Shown here one piece after another: positions 26,194-36,167 of a stretch of DNA of 36,167 nt (the first letter of the stretch is position 1; the number at the start of each line of letters is the position of its first letter). The notes below the pieces were generated by a model, which did no database searches, was not told the origin of the DNA, and saw only the letters and a list, made by a program, of their open reading frames with translations. The DNA is from Pseudobdellovibrionaceae bacterium. Its GTDB lineage: Bacteria; Bdellovibrionota; Bdellovibrionia; Bdellovibrionales; Bdellovibrionaceae. The position numbers and the translations under genes were made by a program. The stretch spans positions 1-36,167 of the forward strand of contig JBDHWW010000031.1 in NCBI GenBank assembly GCA_039810425.1, in the 5' to 3' direction.

Positions 26194-28461
26194 ATGAAAG
26201 GATTCATTAGACTGATGATCATAGGGGCTTTGGTATCGTCGTTGCTGAGCTGTGCTTCTCAGCAAACAGAAGAAGACGATTCGCTGACGACCGAGTCCTA
26301 TTCAAATAACGATTCTTCAAGCTCCGGTTCATCCGCTTCGGATGATTTCGCGGAATTTGATAATGCCGACAGTGGCGGTAGTGATAAGGGCGCGGCCCAG
26401 GCTCAGTCGTCGCCTTCCAGCCATGATCCAGATCTCGCTCTTGAGGACGAGATCAATCAAGCAAGCTCGGCAGACAAACAGTTTACCAATGATGACTTGG
26501 ATGCCCAGGCTATGAACGAGTTGCAGCCTCAGGCTCCAGCCGAGGAGGCTCTGCCCGCAGAAACACCTCCGGTCGAGGACAAGCCAGTGGCTCAGGAGCC
26601 GCCACCTCCGGCTATCGAAGAGTCAATAGCTCCGCCGGCCATTGAAGAGCCACCACCACCAGCGATCGTGGAAGAAGGCGCTCCGATTCCCGCTCCTGAG
26701 CAGCCGGTTGTCCATGCTTCTGGTGAACGCGCCGTGGATATTACAGGTTTGAAATTTAAGGCGAATGACAATGGTGGCACGGTTATCGTTGAGGGGAGTG
26801 GTCCGCTCAATTACACAACCCGGGTAAACCCCGACTTGAAGCAGTACATTGTTGAAATTCAAAACTCAAATCTACCCAAGCGTCTCAAGAGAACTTTGAA
26901 TACTAAGGATATCAAAGGTGCCGTAGGTGCCGTCGATGCTTATCAGAGTCCGGGTTCAAAAACGTCTCGTATAGTCATTCAAATGCGAGATGGTTTCGGC
27001 GAGCCGACAGTTCAGCAAGAGGGCAACGCTCTTCTTATCGTGAGCTCAGGTCATGGAGGTGAAATGGTCGCGGAAGCAGGCTCAACTCACCATGGTGATG
27101 ACGAGGGCGAGCAAGCTTCCATGACGAAGGGTGATAGCGATGTGAATGTTGATCTTAACAGTAACAAGATCCTTGCGAATCAGTCTCTTGAGGAGTTCCT
27201 ATCAGGCAATACTAAGTTCTATGGGCGTAAAATCTCCATCGAAACCGGCAGCATCGACGTGCGCGACGCTTTGAAGTTCATCACGGAAGAAAGTGGCGTG
27301 AACATGGTTATAACGGATGATGTGAAAGGCAATATCGCCCTAAAACTCCGTCAAGTGCCTTGGGATCAAGCGCTTGTGGTCATTATGAAGGCGCGCAAGC
27401 TTGGTTACAGCCGTCAAGGAAACGTTTTACGTATTGTTCCGCTGGAAGAGTTGCGCAAAGAAGAAGACGATGCAACGAAACTTGCCCTCGCTCGAAAAAA
27501 TGTCGAACCACTTAAAGTGCGCGCATTCAATATTTCATATGCGAAGGTTGATGAGCTCGACAAAAAGATCAAGGATTTCCTCACTGAAAGAGGCAAGGTC
27601 GTCAGCGATCTTCGGACTAGCACTATTGTTGTGACAGACGTCGAAGAGAGTCTCAATCGTGTGGTGAAGCTTATCCAAGGGTTGGACGCAGCTCCGCCGC
27701 AAGTATTGATTGAGGGCAAGATCGTAGAGGCTTTGGATAGCTTCCAAAGAACTGTCGGTATTCAGTGGGGCTTTAACGGCGCGGCCGTGCAAATCGGTGA
27801 CGGGGCGAATGGTCCAAGAAACCTCCGTCCGAATCTGACCATTGGTTCAGCGACTGTTACGCCGGGAGGGTTAGGTTTCGGTTTGAATGTGGGGACCTTG
27901 GATATTTTTGGCGATATCTCGGCCTCCCTAGCTCTTTTTGAGAAAGAAGAGAAGGTAAAGGTCCTGTCATCACCAAGAATTGTGACCCTTTCAAATGAAA
28001 AAGCGGATATCAGCCAAACCAACGAGTTGCCAGTTAAGACACTCACGACACAACCGAACGGTCCACCGCTTATAACGTATCAATTTAAGCCATTAACCCT
28101 GAAACTTGAGGTCACCCCACAGGTAACCAGCGAAGGAACTGTTATAATGAAGGTGGCTGTAAATCGTCAGATCAAGGGTGCTGCTGCGAGCACAACGGAT
28201 GATACTTTCTCCGTGAACAGCCGCGAAGCTAATACTCGCGTGATCGTGAAGAACGGTCAGACAGCGGTTATCGGCGGTATCTACCGCTCCGATTTGACCG
28301 AAGGTACGGTAGGTGTTCCTTGGTTAAAAGACATCCCGGTTCTCGGCGCGCTGTTTAAAGGAACTAGTACAGACAAGCAGCGTTCTGAGCTTTTAATTTT
28401 CTTAACTCCGCGAATTTTAGCGCAGGCTGAAAGTGCCGGAGTTCACGCAGGGGGAGAGTAA
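26194..28461 (+). CDS. pilQ: Type IV pilus secretin PilQ (lipoprotein signal, AMIN-like domain)
   Basis: AGGAGG RBS; 'VPWDQAL', 'QVLIEGKIVE', 'LSSPRIVTL', 'LKLEVTPQ', 'GVPWLKDIPVLGALFK', 'ELLIFLTPRI'. Confidence 0.95.
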   Translation: MKGFIRLMIIGALVSSLLSCASQQTEEDDSLTTESYSNNDSSSSGSSASDDFAEFDNADSGGSDKGAAQAQSSPSSHDPDLALEDEINQASSADKQFTNDDLDAQAMNELQPQAPAEEALPAETPPVEDKPVAQEPPPPAIEESIAPPAIEEPPPPAIVEEGAPIPAPEQPVVHASGERAVDITGLKFKANDNGGTVIVEGSGPLNYTTRVNPDLKQYIVEIQNSNLPKRLKRTLNTKDIKGAVGAVDAYQSPGSKTSRIVIQMRDGFGEPTVQQEGNALLIVSSGHGGEMVAEAGSTHHGDDEGEQASMTKGDSDVNVDLNSNKILANQSLEEFLSGNTKFYGRKISIETGSIDVRDALKFITEESGVNMVITDDVKGNIALKLRQVPWDQALVVIMKARKLGYSRQGNVLRIVPLEELRKEEDDATKLALARKNVEPLKVRAFNISYAKVDELDKKIKDFLTERGKVVSDLRTSTIVVTDVEESLNRVVKLIQGLDAAPPQVLIEGKIVEALDSFQRTVGIQWGFNGAAVQIGDGANGPRNLRPNLTIGSATVTPGGLGFGLNVGTLDIFGDISASLALFEKEEKVKVLSSPRIVTLSNEKADISQTNELPVKTLTTQPNGPPLITYQFKPLTLKLEVTPQVTSEGTVIMKVAVNRQIKGAAASTTDDTFSVNSREANTRVIVKNGQTAVIGGIYRSDLTEGTVGVPWLKDIPVLGALFKGTSTDKQRSELLIFLTPRILAQAESAGVHAGGE
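26599..26676 (+). repeat. Three degenerate PPAI(V)EE peptide repeats in the PilQ linker
   Basis: cctccggctatcgaagag / ccgccggccattgaagag / ccaccagcgatcgtggaagaa. Confidence 0.6.
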
Positions 28462-28463
28462 TT

Positions 28464-29048
28464 ATGAATAACATAACATTCGTTGGCATCTCCTTAATGC
28501 TACTATCTGCGTTGAGTTGCAGTAAGGCTCAAGAGGGTGATCTTGTGGTAACACCGATGGGAACGAGCTCTTACCTGATCAATAGCACGGCACAATCTTG
28601 CGCTAATATTGTTGCTATCTCCAAAAATCCACAGACTGCCGTCCAGCAAGATATCACCGGATATTACTTTGGCTACCAAGGAGCGACCCTTGGCTGGAAG
28701 AATGTCACGGACACGGCTTATGTTATATCTATCGATTTCGAGTTCGTTAGTAGCGCATTTAATTATACGTGCTCGATCTCAGGAGATGAGCTATTAGCCC
28801 TTTTCTACGACTTCAACAGTAAAGCGGGCTGGGACGGTTCGCTGGTGCCTGCGTCGAGCGCAACGACTCCAACACTTAAGCAGACGGCTTCTCTTTGCCG
28901 TATCCGTTGTGGAGGAGCGACAGTTCCAGACCCTGATAAAAATTTTACCGCCGTTGGAACAATGACGGTCAAGGGCTTTCAAAAATCTCCAGGCGGCGAC
29001 GAAAAGCCATTTAAAACGAAAACAGATGTCAGGCTTCTTTATCAATAG
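28464..29048 (+). CDS. Hypothetical lipoprotein downstream of pilQ
   Basis: GGAG RBS overlapping the pilQ end; lipobox 'ALSC'; additional Cys residues. Confidence 0.78.
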   Translation: MNNITFVGISLMLLSALSCSKAQEGDLVVTPMGTSSYLINSTAQSCANIVAISKNPQTAVQQDITGYYFGYQGATLGWKNVTDTAYVISIDFEFVSSAFNYTCSISGDELLALFYDFNSKAGWDGSLVPASSATTPTLKQTASLCRIRCGGATVPDPDKNFTAVGTMTVKGFQKSPGGDEKPFKTKTDVRLLYQ

Positions 29049-29086
29049 ATTTGCCAAGCGGGAAGACCTGGACTATCTCTTCCTGC

Positions 29087-30418
29087 ATGGACCTTTTTTC
29101 AGTCGCGCAATCCCAAACATCCGTTCCGCTTTCCGAAGTCTTGCGTCCCAAGAACCTCGATGAAATCATTGGCCAAGAAAAAACCATCGGCTCGCGTTCC
29201 AAGCTCGGCCAAATGCTTCGCAAGGGAATGGTTCCAAGTCTTATTATTTGGGGCCCTCCAGGAACTGGTAAAACGACCTTCGCCCTGGCTCTGGCCCAGC
29301 ATATTCAGGCGCACTTTGTAAACCTCAATGCTGTAGACTCCGGTGCCAAAGTTCTTCGTGAAGTCGGCGAGGCCGGTCGTGAGCGCCGTCTTCAGTACAA
29401 CCAGAAGACGCTTCTTTTTGTCGACGAGATCCATCGCTTTAATAAAGGCCAGCAAGACATCCTCCTTCCCTATGTAGAAAAAGGCGATCTCATCCTCATC
29501 GGCGCGACGACGGAAAACCCGAGCTACGAGCTCAACAAAGCCCTTCTCAGCCGGAGCCGCGTCGTTGTGTTTGAGAGGCTGACCACGGGCCAGCTCCAAA
29601 CCATCGTTGATAGGGTGTGCCGCTTTTATGAAGTGACATGTGAAACCCTTTTGAGGCCCGAGGCCTGTAAAAACCTCCTCGCGATCGCCGATGGGGACGC
29701 TCGCCGCCTTATTAATTCGCTTGAAATCATCTTAGATTATTACCGCTTCGAAAAAAGTCCGGATTCCCGGGCGGAGCAAGCAAGCTTCCCACTAAATATT
29801 GAATCCCTGCGAGAGCTTCTGCAAGTGAGCCCGCTTGGATACGACAAGCTTTCGGAGATGCACTACGATGTGATCTCCGCGTTTATTAAGAGTGTCCGTG
29901 GAAGCGATCCCGATGCGGCCATTTACTACATGGCCCGCATGCTGGAAGGGGGGGAAGACCCTGTTTTCATCGCCCGTCGATTAATTATCCTGGCTTCAGA
30001 AGATATTGGGAACGCCGATCCTCGCGGCCTTTCGCTCGCGGTCGCGGGCCTTCAGGCGGTAGAAGCTATAGGCCTTCCAGAAGCGGCACTGACCTTGGCG
30101 CAGGTGACGACCTATTTGGCGTCTTGCCCGAAATCAAACCGTTCTTATATGGCATTGAACGATGCCCGTGAAGTCGTGAAAGAAACAAAGACGCTGCCAA
30201 TTCCATTGCATTTACGGTCCTCAAAAACCGCGCTTTCAAAAGAGCTGGGTTACGGCGGGGACTACAAATACCCACACAATTTTGAAAACGCTTGGGTCGA
30301 GCAAAGCTATCTGCCAGAGGGCCTGGAGGATAAGAAATTCTATGACCCATCTACGCGTGGGTTTGAAAAATCATTGAAGGAGTATCTGCAGTGGGTCCGA
30401 AAAGAAAAAAAACCATAA
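29087..30418 (+). CDS. rarA: Replication-associated recombination protein A (RarA/MgsA)
   Basis: 'PLSEVLRP', 'WGPPGTGKTT', 'DEIHRFNK', 'GATTENP', 'SAFIKSVRGSDPDAA', 'ASEDIGNADP'; ATG 29087 preferred. Confidence 0.95.
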   Translation: MDLFSVAQSQTSVPLSEVLRPKNLDEIIGQEKTIGSRSKLGQMLRKGMVPSLIIWGPPGTGKTTFALALAQHIQAHFVNLNAVDSGAKVLREVGEAGRERRLQYNQKTLLFVDEIHRFNKGQQDILLPYVEKGDLILIGATTENPSYELNKALLSRSRVVVFERLTTGQLQTIVDRVCRFYEVTCETLLRPEACKNLLAIADGDARRLINSLEIILDYYRFEKSPDSRAEQASFPLNIESLRELLQVSPLGYDKLSEMHYDVISAFIKSVRGSDPDAAIYYMARMLEGGEDPVFIARRLIILASEDIGNADPRGLSLAVAGLQAVEAIGLPEAALTLAQVTTYLASCPKSNRSYMALNDAREVVKETKTLPIPLHLRSSKTALSKELGYGGDYKYPHNFENAWVEQSYLPEGLEDKKFYDPSTRGFEKSLKEYLQWVRKEKKP

Positions 30419-30485
30419 TATTTTTCACCACCGAAGCATTGACGAAAAAATAAAATGACCAGGAAAGGGATCTGGCCACTATTTT

Positions 30486-30791
30486 TTAAATAGCTCTTTG
30501 CGCGCAAATACAAACGCAGGTCCCGCTGCCCTGGGCTGTATGGGAGTGTTTCGTATTTGCCGGCACTTCCACACGATCACCGGGCCTCAGTAAGAACTGG
30601 TTCCCCGAGATATTAAAAAGCAGTTCACCCTCTATGATAAGGCGAACCTCGCAAAACGGATGGCGATGCTCATGCACTTTCATTTGTGGATCATAGGTTT
30701 CTTCGTAAGGTTCAAGCCCTTCTGATTCAAGGATCATATGAGCTTGAGGTTTATTCGGCGTAAGAGGGGCCTGCCAGCGTGTGATTAACAT
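30486..30791 (-). CDS. Cupin domain protein
   Basis: 'HEHRHPFCEVR' and 'LRPGDRVEVPANTKHSH' cupin motifs; GGAG RBS before ATG 30791. Confidence 0.87.
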   Translation of the reverse strand: MLITRWQAPLTPNKPQAHMILESEGLEPYEETYDPQMKVHEHRHPFCEVRLIIEGELLFNISGNQFLLRPGDRVEVPANTKHSHTAQGSGTCVCICAQRAI

Positions 30792-30933
30792 GTCTTCTCC
30801 GGACAATGTGCGATTACTATTCCTGCTTCTATATATCTCAAATGTAGACGCTTCCCACAAGGCTCTCTGCGTTCAGCTTTGAGACACTGGAGCCCGCTAC
30901 AAGACCGGATTCAGAGGAAAATGAAGAAAAACA

Positions 30934-30961
30934 TAAAGTCCCACAATTCGATCGACGATAG
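30934..30961 (+). promoter_or_regulatory. Candidate sigma-28 promoter of the 31002 gene
   Basis: TAAAG -35 and GACGATAG -10 (TAAA-N16-GACGATAG). Confidence 0.45.
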
Positions 30962-31001
30962 GGGAATTGTAGGAATTAGAGTGCTATTCGGGGAGGGTTA
31001 G

Positions 31002-31520
31002 TTGAGTAGCTCCAATAAACATAAATCGACCACCACTGATTTGGACAGCATACTGAATTACGTCGATTCATCACGCGGCCTGAAGGCCAAAGTCGGCGAA
31101 GGCGGTAAGATTCAAATCTTCCAAGATCTCGATGGGAAGATCTTTACCTTCTCTATGCTAGACATTGGAGAGATCCTTCACCGTATGGATGCAGACGGAA
31201 AACCATTCATCCAGCTGAATCTTAAAGGCGGCCATAAGGTTCTGTTCACAGACACGCTTATTGGCTTTAAACCTGTCGAGACTCTAGGCCTCGATATCAC
31301 ACGCATCCCTAAAGTCGTGACGACTCCAGACCTATTAAGTGTCTTTGAAGCTATCGAAGAGTCGATGGGTGCTGAATCTGGGGCTGATGGCGAGGTTGAA
31401 ATTCTAAAAAAAGTCTATTTTTCGATTTTGTCTGGCGGCGAACAGGTCGGTTTTGACCTGACCTTTGAAAGAAAATGGCTTAATCGACTAATCGCATCAA
31501 GATCTAAGGCATGCGCCTAA
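31002..31520 (+). CDS. Hypothetical protein
   Basis: 172-aa ORF; GGAGG RBS before TTG; followed by a terminator-like hairpin. Confidence 0.78.
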   Translation: MSSSNKHKSTTTDLDSILNYVDSSRGLKAKVGEGGKIQIFQDLDGKIFTFSMLDIGEILHRMDADGKPFIQLNLKGGHKVLFTDTLIGFKPVETLGLDITRIPKVVTTPDLLSVFEAIEESMGAESGADGEVEILKKVYFSILSGGEQVGFDLTFERKWLNRLIASRSKACA

Positions 31521-31556
31521 ATCAAAATATAATAAAATAAAATCAAATACTTACGA

Positions 31557-31595
31557 AAATACACCGGCTCTTTACATAGCCGGTGTATTTGTTTG
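31557..31595 (+). terminator. Intrinsic terminator-like hairpin
   Basis: AAATACACCGGCT-CTTTACAT-AGCCGGTGTATTT (13-bp stem) followed by GTTTG. Confidence 0.7.
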
Positions 31596-31684
31596 TCTTT
31601 TGGGCAGTTTTTCTGCTCGAAAATAATTTTAAAATTGCTATTGACCTTTGACGCCGAATGAAGGAAAACAGCCGAACTTTGAAC

Positions 31685-31760
<76 letters not shown>

Positions 31761-31799
31761 AGCATGTTCAAAGTAGACATTTTTAAAGTAAATTTTTCG

Positions 31800-31917
31800 A
31801 TAAAGAAAAAAACGAAAAAAGAAAAAAAGATGTTGACGGGTGAAAGGTAAGCGAATAAAAACATTACCTCTCGCAATGATAAGTAGAAAATTGTTAAGAG
31901 ATTTCGCTCTTTGAAAA
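31800..31917 (+). promoter_or_regulatory. rRNA operon promoter region with an A-tract UP element and BoxA
   Basis: A-tracts 31802-31830; TTGACG -35 at 31833-31838; BoxA-like CGCTCTTTGAAA at 31905-31916. Confidence 0.6.
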
Positions 31918-32039
31918 CTGAATAGCTAGATAGAAAAATTTTTGGGCTCTTTGAGCGTACAGTAATGTATAGCTCACAATTTCAAAAAAATATTCGAACA
32001 AACAATAGCGTAAGCTAGTGTTTATTCTAAACAGAATTA

Positions 32040-33560
<1,521 letters not shown>

Positions 33561-33670
33561 ATTTTCTCAACTTCGGTTGAACATTCTTAGGTCAACTCCG
33601 ATCTTCGGATCGAGAGTGAGTCCCAAAAATTTTTTCTAGCTATTTAGTTTTGAAAGAGTGAAGGCTTTAA

Positions 33671-33747
<77 letters not shown>

Positions 33748-33773
33748 ATTGAAAGTCACTCGAATGTTTTTTT

Positions 33774-33785
33774 AGTTCTTTGACA
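33774..33785 (+). promoter_or_regulatory. Spacer BoxA antitermination element
   Basis: AGTTCTTTGACA upstream of the 23S gene. Confidence 0.6.
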
Positions 33786-33831
33786 ATTGAATAGATTGAT
33801 TTAATTGATTTTTAGCGAGGTTAATTACCAT

Positions 33832-36167
<2,336 letters not shown>

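Overview
A core-chromosome segment from a predatory Bdellovibrio-type bacterium. The 16S gene contains exact matches to what I recall as the Bdellovibrio-specific primer sites Bd529F and Bd1007R. In order, the window holds: the end of an Agl/Glt-like TonB-ExbB-ExbD-ExbD motor cluster; an LptC(-LptA) gene, lptB and rpoN; a three-gene insert (AidB-like acyl-CoA dehydrogenase plus two secreted orphans) separating rpoN from hpf; metK; lepA followed by three tandem signal peptidase I genes; pyrB-carA-hypothetical-carB; a type IVa pilus cluster (ABC ATPase and permease, pilD, pilMNOPQ, a lipoprotein); rarA; a cupin; a hypothetical gene; tRNA-Ala; and an rRNA operon (16S, tRNA-Ile, partial 23S). I see no CRISPR array, mobile element or defence island, and no clearly new multi-gene system. 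The best unexplained signals are non-coding: a recurrent 15-bp dyad (RTCTCA-N3-TGAGAY) clustered in intergenic regions, sigma-28-like promoters before hpf and a hypothetical gene, a structured metK leader, and promoters placed to give leaderless mRNAs. Unusual protein architectures include triple LepB, fused LptC-LptA, a lipoprotein PilQ and a non-lipidated PilP. All calls come from reading motifs by eye; no searches were run.
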